Part shown: in pieces, positions 10,787 through 23,180 of the stretch
How the letters are laid out: every line of letters begins with the position of its first letter
How positions within the stretch are numbered: the first letter of the stretch is position 1
Assembly (NCBI GenBank): GCA_964016885.1
Contig: OZ024740.1
Span: forward strand, 48,980,001 to 49,044,000
From: Eledone cirrhosa
Taxonomy: Eukaryota
DNA: 64,000 bases
Direction of reading: 5' to 3'
Notes under the pieces: generated by a model
Seen by the model: the letters and a program-made list of their open reading frames with translations, nothing else
Databases searched by the model: none
What the model was told of the DNA's origin: nothing
Program-made: the position numbers and the translations under genes

Positions 10787-12060
10787 ATCATCATCATCAT
10801 CATCATCATCGTTTAACGTCCATCTTCCACCCTTGCATGAGTTTGGACGGGAGTTTTCCCACTTGAGGCAAGAGTGGTTGTCTCGCTCGCATAGGACTGT
10901 CTGGCGGGTTTTCTACGGCTGGATGCCCTTCCTACCACCAACCACATTTACAGTGTGGAACTGGGAGGTTTTTACCGTGTTACCTACACGGCCACATTAC
11001 AGCGTGGACTGTGTGTTTTTTGTCGTGACACCTACACGACCTCATTTGTTTCGGGCTGGATGTTTTGGTACCAACATAACTTTACATTGAAAGGGGTGGT
11101 GTGGATGGGGTGGGGTAGTGGGACGGGGGTGCATTTTGTTAGAGGTGCCTACTGACTGTAGTAGGTTTCACTTTGTACTTAGGTAAGGCAGGTCTTCTGT
11201 ATTACTGTGTAGCGCCAAAGCTCTCGGTCCAGTGACATTGTCTTGGAGAGGTGTAAGTGTGTGAGGTCGGAATTTATCAAGTCGTCCCAGGTTTTTCTGG
11301 GTCTGCCTATTCCGTGGCTACCGTCTATTTTTGTTGCCCTGCACTTTGTTATACAGCTGTCGTCTTTCATGCGCATCACGTGACGATACCAACGTAGCCT
11401 TCTCTCGAGTAAACAACATCTGATCCCTTTTATTTCTAATGTTTCCCTTAGTTCATTCATACTTTGCCGTTCACGTATATTACTATTACAAATCCAGCGG
11501 AGCATGCAAGCTTCGTTCCTCTCCAGTCTGCGTATATCCTCTGCACACAATGCCCAGGTCTCACTGCCATGTAACATTGCTGTTCGTATGCAGGCATCAT
11601 ACAGCCTGCCTTTCATTTTTAGAGAGAACCCTTTAGCGGCTAATAGTGGTATAAGCTCTCTGAACTTTTTCCATCCCGTTCTGACTCTAGCTACTGTACT
11701 TTCAGAGCACCCTCCACCACTGCTGATTTTGTCACCCAGGTAACGGAAGCTGTCCACTATTTCTATAGAATGAGCTAGTATTCTCTGGGCACTTGCTACT
11801 ACTTATTGCACCAGAGCACCGGCCACATATAAAATCTATGTTCTTAGTTAGCTTACCTGTTATCCCACTACATCTTTTATGCACCCATACTTTGCATTTG
11901 GGACATAAAATGGAGTTTCTACCCACTCCTTTCCTACACACTGAGCATGGCCATTTCCCGGATGGGACCGGCGCCCTATTTTCCTTCCTACAAACTAGAA
12001 CTTTAGTCTTAGACAGGTTAATTTTAAGGCCTTTTGATTCTAGGCCATGCTTCCATGTTT
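10787..12060 (-). mobile_element. RTE LINE family A, 5'-truncated, tail-to-tail with the previous copy
   Basis: (ATC)n tail at 10787-10810; ORFs 11179-11757 and 11732-11941 are nearly identical to 9605-10501. Confidence 0.95.
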
Positions 12061-12449
12061 ATATATAGATATATATTAACATCATCGTTTTTACGCCCAC
12101 TTTTCCATACTTGCATTATATTTTGTATATATATATATCATGGTTGAGTGGTCGGCGACTAAATCTGCTCCCCCACCAGATCCTGGTTTGGTAAGGAGGG
12201 TAAGTGGAACCCCAGCAGCACAATAAATGAGCTGTAAAAAGGTTGGATGAACACCGCAGAGTCAATGGCCATCCACCACAACTATGGGCTAAATAGCCTC
12301 ACAAATGCATAATTGGCTGAGCTTAGTGAGTATGGCTACACTCCTGATATGACCACATCCAAACAAAAAGTGTTGGAGGTCAACCAGGGAAGAGTCTCTT
12401 CAACAGGAGTGAGAAGGCCCTGTATTCGATTGGATATATATATATATAT

Positions 12450-12577
12450 CATCATCATCATCATCATCACCGTTTTACGTCCGTTCTTCCACGCTAGCAT
12501 GGGTTAGACGGGTTGTCCTGTTGTGGGCAGTGTCTGGTCGGCTGACCATGCCTTGCTCATACAGGAACTGATCTGGC
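12450..12577 (-). mobile_element. Short RTE 3'-end copy in a (TA)n tract
   Basis: (ATC)n-accgttttacgtccgttcttccacgctagcatggg; same sequence as 35290-35410. Confidence 0.75.
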
Positions 12578-12699
12578 TTATATATATATATATTATATCG
12601 CATATATATATTATGGTGTCATGACAAAAAGGACCCAGCTCACACTGTAAAATGGTTGTGTGGGTGTCATAACAAAAAGCACCCAGCACAGACTAAATG

Positions 12700-15125
12700 T
12701 GGTTTGCATGGTAGTGGGACCTGGGCGCTGTGTGCAGAAGACTTGCAAAGAAATGAAGCCTGCATGCTCTGTTGTGTAATAGTAATTTATGTGAATGGCA
12801 AAGCATAAACAAACTGAGAGAGAAACTAGGCATAAGAGGATTCGGATGCAGTGTGCCGGAGAGGGGATTGTGTTGGTATGGACATGTGATGCAGAGCATT
12901 CAAAGTCGATGGAAGCCTTGGAGTGGGGAGACCCAGCAAGACTTGGGATGAGGTGATAAAAGCTGACCTTGCTCAATTGCACCTCTCAAAGGTGATGACA
13001 CAGGACTGGGATCTCTGGCATTATGCAGTAATACAGAAGATCTGCCTTCCCATGGGCACAGGCTGAAGCAGACATATATATATAGTATGCACCATCTCCA
13101 CCCCACGTCTCTCATGAGGACAGGCTGTAGCATACATCTAGTAAACTGCTGAAGACAACAGGGAGGAGTATGACTTGGAAGTGGAATAGTAAGGTGAATG
13201 AGACAATTAAAGCCAAGAGACAGGCCTGAAAAGAATGTCAGAATGGGAGAAGCAAAGAACACACTACCAAGAAGCTTAGAGTGAAGCAAGGTGGCAAGTA
13301 TACTTTGCAAGGTTGGGAAGCAGAAAATAAAAACAATTAAGCATGTTTTGCGACATGAGGACCAAATATGAGAGGTGTTCAGGATTGTGAGGCAATGTGA
13401 TAGGGAAAATTGTGATGTTGGGGAGAAGTGTGTCCAAGACGATAATTGTGCACTTGCTCTCACCGACACTCAAAAGAAAGTAGCATGAAATGGCATTATG
13501 AAAGACTGTTGAATGAGGAGAATGTATGGAAGGAACATAGTCTGCCCCAAGTGAATCCAACAGAGGGGCCAGCCAAACAAGTCTGCAGCAGTGTGATAAG
13601 GCAATTAAGGATATGAGGACAGGAAAAGAACCTGGACCATCGGGAATAGTTGCTGAGATGCTGAAAGCATCTGGGATGATGAGTCATACCTTAAACACCT
13701 GTATTATAAACCAAGTATTTCAGAATGGTGTCATACTCAACGACTGGCATAGCAGCAGCATCATCAACTGCTACCAAGACCAAGGAGATGCACTAGACAG
13801 AGAAAACTATAGACCTATCAATTTGATGGATCAGGTCATGAAGCTTACAGAAAGAGTTATCTCACAACTGACTAAGGACCCAGTTAAGCTAGCTGAGATG
13901 CAGTTTGGATTTGTACTGGGTACCACTGATGTTAGGCAAGTGCAGGAGAAGTGTGTAGCTAAAAGCAAGCCCTTCTATTAGGCATTTGTTAGCCTGGAGA
14001 AAACATTTGACAGACTTCTCCATTTTTAGAAAACAAGGGGTAGATGAGTGGCTTGTGAGGGCAGTACAAGTCATGTACACATGAGCAGTCAGGAAGGTTA
14101 AAATTAAGAATGATTATAGTGAGAAATTTAGTGTGCAAGTGGGGCTACACCAAGGATCTTTTCTTAGCCCTCTCCTGTTTATTATCGACTTGCAGGCTAT
14201 AACAGAAGAGTTTAAGACTGGCTGCTGATTATCTAACCCTCAGAGCTGAATCTTTGGGAGAATTAGAGAAGAAATTCAAAACCTGGAAATTTAGCTTGGA
14301 AGCAAAAGGTCTTACGGTCAACTTGGCAAATACTAAAGTCCTTGTTAGTAGAAAGGAAAACAGGGCCCAGATCCCTTCAGGTAAATGGCCTTGCTCAGTA
14401 TACAGGAAAGGAGTGGGTAGAAATTCCATCCTATGTCGCAAATGCAAACTATGGGTCCTCATGAGATTTAGTGGCATCTCAGGTAGGCTAGCAAACAACG
14501 TAGATTTTATGCTCAGGGGCAGTAAGCAGAAAGAACTCACAAGAAACAATCCCCATTAAATGCTCAGAGGGCTCCATAGAAGTAGTTTATAGCTTCTGTT
14601 ACCTGGGTGACCAAATTAATGGTGTAGGTGGGTGTTCTGAAAGTGAAGTAACCAGAATGAGAACAGGATGGAAATAGTTTAGGGAGCTTCTATTGCTGTT
14701 AGCTACAACATTTTTTCCTCTCCAAATGAAAGACAAATTGTATGATGCTTGTCTATGAACAGCAACGCTGCACGGAAGAGAGGATCTACGAAGATTGTAA
14801 AGAAATAAATCTTGCATGATTTGATGGATGTGTGATAGTAGTGTGCATGAATGGCAAAGTGTCAATGCACTGAGAAACTGGGCATAAGAAGGGTTAGAAA
14901 GTTGTTGGTGACATGAGAAAAAAAGCACCCAGTCCCCACTGTAAGTTGGTTGCACTGATGATATGACAAACAGCACCTAGTCCATCTTGTAAGGTAGTCA
15001 TGCTGGTGACATGAAATAGCACCCAGTATAGTTTTTTAGATGGTCATTTCTGTGCCATGATATAAAGTACCCAGAACACAGTCTAATGTGGCTGGTGTTA
15101 GGAAGGACATCCAGCCCTAGAAATT
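12700..15125 (+). mobile_element. Older, degenerate RTE LINE copies (family A-like)
   Basis: Fragments GKEPGPSGIVAEMLKASG, QFGFV, WPCSVYRKGVGRNSILCRKCKLWV and GRPSKTWDEVI with many stops; 3'-UTR modules at 14900-15120. Confidence 0.85.
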
Positions 15126-15267
15126 TAGTCAAAAAAGATGTGAATAAGATATGGTCACCTGACCTGAATTGCCTTATTCCAGTAGCTAATTATAATTGTA
15201 AGGGTCCTCGATTCTTGCCTGCTTAGGGGCCATAGCTTTAGAAGTAATGTATATAAGTGTCAGGTCT

Positions 15268-16030
15268 CATCATCATCATCACCATTTAATGTCCATTTTT
15301 CCATGCTAGCTTGGGTTAGACGAGTTGTCCTGTTGTGAGAAATGTCAGGTTGGGTGACCTTGCCTTGGTCATACAGAACTGCTTTTGGCTTGGTTTCTAC
15401 AACTGGATGCCCTTCTTAATACCAACCACATTTACAATGAGTACTGGGTGCTTTTTGTTGTGACACCTACATGACCACTTTACAATGTGGGCTGGGCGTT
15501 TTTTGTTGTGACACCTACATGACCACTTTACAATGTGGGCTGGGCGTTTTTTGTTGTGACACCTACATGACCACTTTACAATGTGGGCTCGGCGCTTTTG
15601 TTGTGTTACCATCATGACCACTTTACAGTGTGGGATAGGAACTTTGGTGGGAGAGGTGTGTGGGGATTGGGGAGGTGGGGATTTGGGCATGTGTGAGTGT
15701 TAAGATATGGGAGGTAAATAGAGCAAGGTGGTGCACACTAGATGTATGCTTCAGACTGTGCTCATGGGAGGTGTATGAATGAGTGGGGTGGAGTGGAAGT
15801 GAAGGTGGTGTATACTAAATGTGTGCTTCAGCCTGTACTCATGGGAAGACGGGCCTTCTGTATTACTTCATAACACCAGAGATCTCGGTCCTGGGTCATC
15901 GTCTTGGTGAGGTGCAAGGTCAACTTTTATTACCTCATCCCAAGTTTTCCTGAGTCTTCTCACTCCATGGCTTTCATCAACTGTGCACCTTTTTATACAG
16001 CTGTCATCCTTCATACGCATCACATGATAT
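15268..16030 (-). mobile_element. RTE 3' fragment with a 48-bp tandem repeat (about 4 copies) in its 3' UTR
   Basis: (ATC)n tail at 15268; unit ttttgttgtgacacctacatgaccactttacaatgtgggctgggcg at 15430-15630; YHVMRMKDDSCIK...KTWDEVI. Confidence 0.85.
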
Positions 16031-16918
16031 AATAAATCATGATTACATAAGTGCAACTACAAATAATTTTAAAACTGGATGTTATTCACATCTATATTCT
16101 TTTACAGAGGCAGTAAAACTAAGTGTTATCTTTGTCTGATGGAAGTTTTTGAAATTATTACTTCTAAAATTATATTTTTCGACTCTAGAATGTGATGAGT
16201 GGATAGATGACATGCGGAGAAGGACCTGTCCAACCCATGCAGGCGTGGAAAAACTGACGATTATGATAATTATATGTATATGGTTAGGCCATTACTCAAC
16301 ACAGTACTTGATACTTGGGGTCATAGAATATGGCTATATTATAAAGAGTCGGGACCCAATGGCTGAGCTCTTGCCATTTCAACCGCTAGTTCCAGACTAT
16401 TTGCCAAAGGGCTTTGTGGTTTATTGGCTGTATCAGTATTTGTCCAAATAAGGGTATACATTATTCATCCAATTGAAAATTTTCTTCCTAGAAGTGTTAA
16501 ATATTTACTTTTTTTATGGTTAGGGAGTGGTTGTGTGTATATATATATATATATATAGCTTAGTGAGTGTGTATGTGTGTGTCTAAGTGCACATCTGAGT
16601 GTATCTGCTTGTTCAACTTGAGATAAGAGGAGGTAGAATTATATTTAAGAAGAGGTAGAATTATATTGATTAAGAGGAGGTAGAATTATATTTCTCGAAG
16701 ATATATGAGGGTGTGTGTATGTCTGCCAGCAGGCTATCGCAACCGTAGACAACAGAGCTATGGAATTGGCATCACAACCAGCAGTAGGTCACCCTAGTCA
16801 AAGAATTGTCCAATTCACCAATTGACAAATTAAATATATCTCAACAAAGTGATGACTTATTTGTTAGTTATCTGAAAAATCAAGGAATATCTAGTTGGGG
16901 GCTGTTACTGAAAAATTT

Positions 16919-17668
16919 AGTGGATTTATTTGTTTGAGTTTATTTATTGATAACTAAGCTATCACTAAAATTAGTTAGAAGTATACATCTGATTAAATTA
17001 AAATAAAAATATCCACATTTCATGGTATTATGGAGTTAAAAGCGTATGTGAGGGTAAGTTATGGGTGCGAATGAAGGTGTTTATGGCCCTTGATATATTA
17101 GTATATATGCTAGTGTTTCTAAAATAGAGATTTTGTGGCAATTACTGTTTGTTGTGCTAAGCACTTAAGATACTTTAAACTACGGGTGGATTGATATGTT
17201 TTTATTTTATTTTGATATTGTAAATTTCAATGGGTTCTAGTACAACAGGGTAAAAAAATGTATGTGTGTAGGTGGTGTGGGTACATATATGTGTATAAAA
17301 TTACTTATTGAGCTTGTATGTAAGTTTGTGTCTGCCAACTCGTGTGTATGTGTGACCTGTTGTTTGTGGGTGGTGGTGATTATATTTCATGTATTTATAG
17401 TGGAACAGGTGGAGTGGATAATTACTATTTACTATGCAATGTAATGAGCCTATGTTTGTCTTGGGTACTATGTGTGCTCCTTATCGCTGCTCTTATTGTA
17501 AAATCTAGTGGATTTATTTGTTTGAGTTTATTTACTGGTAACTAAGCTAGCACTTAGATTACCTTAAATTATGGTTAGAAGTATACATTTAATTAAATTA
17601 AAATATCTGATTTTTGTGATCCTACAGAGTTAAATGCATGCGTGCAGGGAAGTTATGGGTACGAATGC
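16919..17668. repeat. Diverged ~160-bp direct repeat pair (16919-17075 and 17506-17668)
   Basis: Both copies begin tagtggatttatttgtttgagtttattta and end aagttatgggt(g/a)cgaatg. Confidence 0.8.
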
Positions 17669-18170
17669 AAGAATTGATTGTGAATTCAAGTGGTTGAAAT
17701 AGGGCTCCTCCAGAGATTCTTTGAAGTAACGTTACTTGATGGAGTGTTTAGCTCTGAGATCAGGGAATCACTCCAGATCAAGATACTACTTCTCTAAATC
17801 AAGAGATCTCTGCTCCGGTACTACAGACATATTCTAACCATATGTTTGTAGTATCGGAGCTGTGATCTCTTGATTCAGACTAGTGTCTCATCTTTGAGTG
17901 ACTCCCTGAACTCTGAGCTATGCATTCCATCGAATAACATTACTTCAAAGAATCTCTGGAGGAACCCCATTTCAACCACTTGTATTCACAATCGATTCTT
18001 GCATTTTATTTAGCCTCTTGCCTTCCATCACTTATAAAAATGGCCTAGAGATACTTGAACTTCTCCAACTGCTTCATTGTAACTCCTCTGACATGCAGAG
18101 TGCACTTGGCAGGCTTTCCCAAGAGGACGAGTACCTTAGTCTTCACAACACTAATTCTCATTCCTGCTGT
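17664..18170 (-). mobile_element. Rex3/Expander-like RTE fragment with a fold-back inverted duplication (17664-18005)
   Basis: AGMRISVVKTKVLV...QLEKFKYL on the - strand; ~170-bp arms around the 7-nt loop tctaacc (17833-17839). Confidence 0.8.
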
Positions 18171-19137
18171 GCAGCATATGGTAACAATTGTAAAAAAAAA
18201 AACGATGATGGTGGTGGTGGTGGAGGAGATTGGGATGTATAATATCTGCATTTGGGATTTTCTCAATCATTATGTTCATATTAAGTCTCTTTTTATTACT
18301 CTCTCCTTTTCTTTCACACTGTATCTATCACCCATGCTCTCTCCTATCAATGTGCCTTCCTACTATCACTATCTCGCTCTCATTATATTGTCTGTCTAGC
18401 AAGAGATGACATTGCATTGGAGGCATCTTTTTCCCTCTCTCTTCCCTTATGCTCTTCCTTGTTACTCATAACATTTATTGCTCCTACTCTCTCATCTTCA
18501 CCCATCTTCATTGTTATTAATCACTTTCACTCTCTTCTCTATCACTCATTGTGGATATTTATCATTCTCACTTTCAACACTCCCTCTTCTATCATCCTGT
18601 CTCTCCTTTACAACTCTCACTTCAGTTTCCATACCAACAATCAATATGTAGCTATCATTACCTTTCTCCTACTACCATTACTCCTCTATCACTTCACTCC
18701 TATCTGGTTTTCTCCTGTTACTTTCTTTTTAATCACAATCTTACTCTGGTTTTCTTTCATCACTGTCTCTTCTGTCTTCCTCAAGGTCATGTTGATTCTA
18801 TCCAATTTCCTTACCAACTACTATTGTGTTGCTGTTTATCACTTCTTCAATTTTACTTCCACTACCCACGCTTATATTACCCTTGCTCCTATCATTCTGG
18901 TTCTTATCTTTTGCTCTTCTACCACCTTCTTGTTCTGCCTCTGTTCTCACTTAGTTGTGTGGAAAAGAAAGAACAAACAAATGGACACAATGTAGATTAG
19001 AAGGGACTTTCTTCAGTCTTACTGAGGATGAGACAATCTTCTGGTGTTGATGAGCAAAGGAACTGTGACAACATAAGATAGAAAAAAATCTTTTGTATTG
19101 CTGGGGATCAAGACAACCTTTCAAATGTTGATCAGTA

Positions 19138-20328
19138 TCTATAAAAGGCAGATTGTTGTTGTGTGTGTGCATGTTCCATGTTTATACATTTGCACAATTT
19201 CAAACCGATTCGACTCAAAGTCTGTAAGAATGTTGTAAATGGTCTAACTTAGGTCAACGACTATTTATTTCATTCAAACTCACCCACAATTACGGAAATA
19301 ATTGATAAAACTAAATACTTGACGCTTTACCCCTCTAATACAATCTGATTTACTCTCTCTCTACTCCCTTTAAAATTTGATAAAACTACATACATGCTTA
19401 CAAACTTCCTTTAGGAACGCCGAAGAGAGAGAGAAGAGAGTGAGAAGGAGAGAGAGAGAGAACGTTTGTTTGTGAGTGTGGAACGGTCAAACATTTATTT
19501 ACTTCAATGACAAAGAGAACTTATTACATTTCATACGAAACAACAATTATTCAAAAGCAACATAAATTTATTCAACAACAAAAAAATATAGCGATAAATC
19601 TTTTTTAAAACCTCTCAACGAACGTGGAAGAAAGAAGTATCAGTTTATTTACTATACACAATAATATCCTCTATGAGGTCACTAAACTTGCTAGAAACAG
19701 CAGCTAACTCTCCCCCATACCACACCCCTCCCTACTGTCTTAAATTTAGAAAACATATCCTCTATGAGGTCACTAAACCTGCTAGAAACAGCAGCTAACT
19801 CTCCCCCATATCACACCATTCCCTACTATCTTAAATTTAGAAAACATATCCTCTATGAAGTCACTAAACCTGCTAGAAACAGCAGCTAACTCTCCCCCAT
19901 ATCACACCACTCCCTACTGTCTTAAATTTAGAAAACACATATCCTCTATGAGGTCACTAAACCTGCTAGAAACAGCAGCTAACTCTCCCCCATATCACAC
20001 CCCTCCCTACTGTCTTAAATTTAGAAAACACACATTAGCCAACCATGCAGAACAACTCCATCGCAGCTCTGTTGTTCGGCTGGCATCGTCTACGCGCGTG
20101 TTGCGCAAGTACTGTGAAACAATAAATTTCAACACTTCTTTGCACAGAGATAATATCCATAGGCGAAACTACAATTGTCACTGCTGGCGCAGCTCCTGCT
20201 TCGGCAGTCCAGGTCTGCAATTCATTCACCCATTGCCAGGCAGACAAAAAAGTGCTGCCATAAAATGGGTGGTGCAACATAACTTTGGTAACTTACTGAC
20301 CCCGAGCAATGCCGGGCTTTAATGCTAG
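19138..20328 (+). mobile_element. Non-autonomous Helitron
   Basis: Begins TC after host A (19137) and ends CTAG before host T (20329). A GC-rich hairpin cccgagcaatgccggg lies 8 nt before CTAG, a (GT)n microsatellite lies near the 5' end, and there is no TSD. Confidence 0.7.
19664..20029. repeat. 4 x ~91-bp tandem repeat inside the Helitron
   Basis: Unit atatcctctatgaggtcactaaacctgctagaaacagcagctaactctccccc...aaatttagaaaac starts at 19664, 19755, 19846 and 19939. Confidence 0.95.
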
Positions 20329-21456
20329 TACTATGATAAAATCCACTCCTGTTCTTTTTTTTAGAATAGGTACACTCTATATATGTGTTGTAAGAAGTAA
20401 CTAAAAGGGTTGGCATGAGGAAGGGTATCCAGCTATAAAACATTGTTTCAAAACATCCTATCCAATCCATACCAGCATGGAAAAGTGGACATAAAAATGA
20501 TGATGATGATGATGATGATGAGAAAACATTCTGTAAAGGGGTTGGTAATAGAAACGGTATACTAAAAGAGCTTGTGAGACCTGGCACTTGGCCTATGTGG
20601 ATTGTGACCATGACTACCTGGTCACAATCCATATGAGAGTACTCCCAGTATCAACAATAACCCAGAATTAGGTAACACTAATGCACCATACATAAGGTGT
20701 GCATATATTCCTTCTACTCATGAGATCAGTTATATATACATATAAGGTAAAGAATAAAGACCCACTTTGGTCACGAATGACCATGGGATTTGCATCTAGA
20801 AAGTTGCCATCCGAGGCACAAATGCAGGCAGGGCTGTTTGTAGAAGACCAGCGGTCATTTATGCATAGTTTCCCATTTCAACATCACTGATGTTGTCCAG
20901 GGGAAAGGCTAAGGCTGATACAACTTGGCGCCAGTGATGTCACAACCCATTTCTACAGCTGAGTAAACTGGAGCAATGTGAAAAATATATCTGTCTGTTG
21001 GAAGAGATGCATGTTTGAAAATACAGAACAACACAATAGACATATGGAAAATAAAGGAGGGAACAGAATAGAAAGTTGGTGATGAAATGAGAAAGTCTTT
21101 TGACTGAAGAATAACACGATAAACAATAAAATTAAAAGGAAGAGTAGAGTCTTGTCAACTGAGACCACATAGAAACAGATACAAGGACAGTAACAAGACA
21201 ATAACACTGGGAAGGAGTGTTGAAGACTGTCAGTTGAAATTAACACAAGAAAGGGAATAAGAAATTAATGATAATAAACTGAATAAATAATAATGAATAA
21301 ATATGTAATACAGATAGTGAGAGAAAACAAAAGTGAACTTGAAAGTGTTGACAAGTCTATATGTCAAAAGTTCAACTAGCAACAATACAGTTGATTCACA
21401 GGTCCAAAGTTAAAAAAAGAACTCAAGCATATTATATATTAAACTGATGTGCTTAA

Positions 21457-21674
21457 CTCTTTAGCATTTACATTACTCCATATTTACTATTGTATTTTTG
21501 CAGTAAAGTCTTTATCTCACAATATTATCCCACATAGTATCAAATCTACAAGATTTTGATATTTATTTGGAGAACGATACTTTAACATAAGTATGAGTGG
21601 CCAGTTATGGCTGGTTTGAACAGAAAGAGGCGAGCGAATTCTGGCCAGATGTGGCTGGTTTAAATGCTAATGGG
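21457..21674. mobile_element. piggyBac-type MITE, copy 1
   Basis: TTAA|ctctttagcattta ... taaatgctaatggg|TTAA. Confidence 0.8.
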
Positions 21675-22109
21675 TTAATGTTGAAGATAACTAAATAAAG
21701 AAACAAATAAACATAAAAGAGAAAAAAACTGAAAGGAAATCCGTCTCATCTGAGCTTTATAAAAACTAGTCAGGCTCTCTACGTTCGTAATTCAAATCCC
21801 CTTCAACTTTGCCCTTCAATCTTCAAAGGTTGATAGAATAAAGTACCAGTCACATACTGGAATCAATATAATTGACTTTTCCCTCCCTCCCCAAATTTCT
21901 GGCCTTGTGTTTAAATTAAAAATCAAGGTTCTATCTTTTAGACATTTTCACAAAAGGTTGGGGAGAACAGTGTCAGTAAGTAGGTCACAGAAGTAAGGTA
22001 AATCTTTTTGCTTCTTCATAATATTAGATTGTACTACTGAAAGATAAAAGATAAGTAGTTATAACAGTTTTTGTGAGTTCTTTAAGGGCTGAAATAACTC
22101 TTCCACATA

Positions 22110-23180
22110 TGTCTTTGGTAGGTATCAGCACAAGAGTGGAGGAATAGGCATATTGTTTGCAGAGAAATGGTTAAATATAGTAATTAAGGTTGTCATAGTA
22201 TGTGACAGAATGATTAAGTTTAGACAAGTCATAGGTATCATGAAAGTAACAACTAGGACCAGTTGATGAGCAAAAGAACCATTTCTGTATGACTCTCTGT
22301 GAATGACAGCAACTTTGTTATCATGCTTGGGGTGGGTTTTTAATAATGGGTAACACCATGATGGAAGCTATGGATAGGGTACAAGGAATATAAAGGGCAT
22401 GAGACTCTTGAAGTTCTGTGATGCAAATGAGTTAACCATTTGTAATACTAACTTTAGGAAACTGACCAATCTTCTGATCAGGAGGCATGATAGACAACTG
22501 GTTCTGAATAATAAGTCCTTCCATGGTCAAGAATGTATTACTCAACAATAACTAGGATAAGTTCTATCTGTCATAAGTTCAAAGAAGTACAAGGTGATTC
22601 AAATGACATGGAGCAGGAAGAGATAGAGACTTATAATGTAGAGAACAACTGGGAGTTTTTGTGAACCATAGAAATGATCTGTGGATGGAGGAAAGTTTTA
22701 GCTAGCAAGTAGATGATATATTAATTGAATTGTGTAGTAGATAGAGTCATAAAAGCTAAAATATAGGCTTGGAAAGTCAGGAAAAAATGGTAGAGCAAGA
22801 ACTAATATCTGGTTGGTAGAAGAGAAGTTAGCCAGCAAATATTTTTGTTGTATAGAGAAACTTAAAAATGTTTTGCAACAAGATCATTGGTATGAAGTGT
22901 TCTGGATTGCAAAACAGCATGTCAGTGTGAATCAGAATGTCAGGTAAAACTGTGTTTAGAGAGCTAAGTGATGTCAATAGCTATGGAATGCTACTATGAG
23001 AGATTGCTGAATGGAGAGAATGGGATTACTTCAAGTAGACCAAACAATTATTGAAGTAAATGGTTATAGTTGAAAAGGTGATTGAAGATATGAAAGCTGG
23101 GAAAGCAGCTGGATAATCAGAGATAGTTGCCAAGATATTAAAAATATTTAGTGAAGTAGGACATGTACTAGTCAATCAGG
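22110..23180 (+). mobile_element. Very decayed RTE LINE (APE-RT)
   Basis: Remnants LLKFCDANELTICNTNFRK and DMKAGKAAG align with the younger RTE copies. Confidence 0.6.

Noticed and set aside
8254-12060. Twin-priming inversion of a single LINE
   Set aside because: The two arms overlap in sequence, differ by substitutions and have the tail in the middle, indicating two independent insertions.
12140-12260. Possible HDV-like ribozyme at a retroelement 5' end (ctg-ctcccccac-cag)
   Set aside because: I could not find a P1 partner or build the nested double pseudoknot.
18417-19000. 192-aa hydrophobic ORF resembling a membrane protein
   Set aside because: Low-complexity C/T-rich tract with no recognisable motif or splice context.
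19855-20322. 155-aa ORF with an internal repeat
   Set aside because: It derives from the 91-bp tandem units inside the Helitron.
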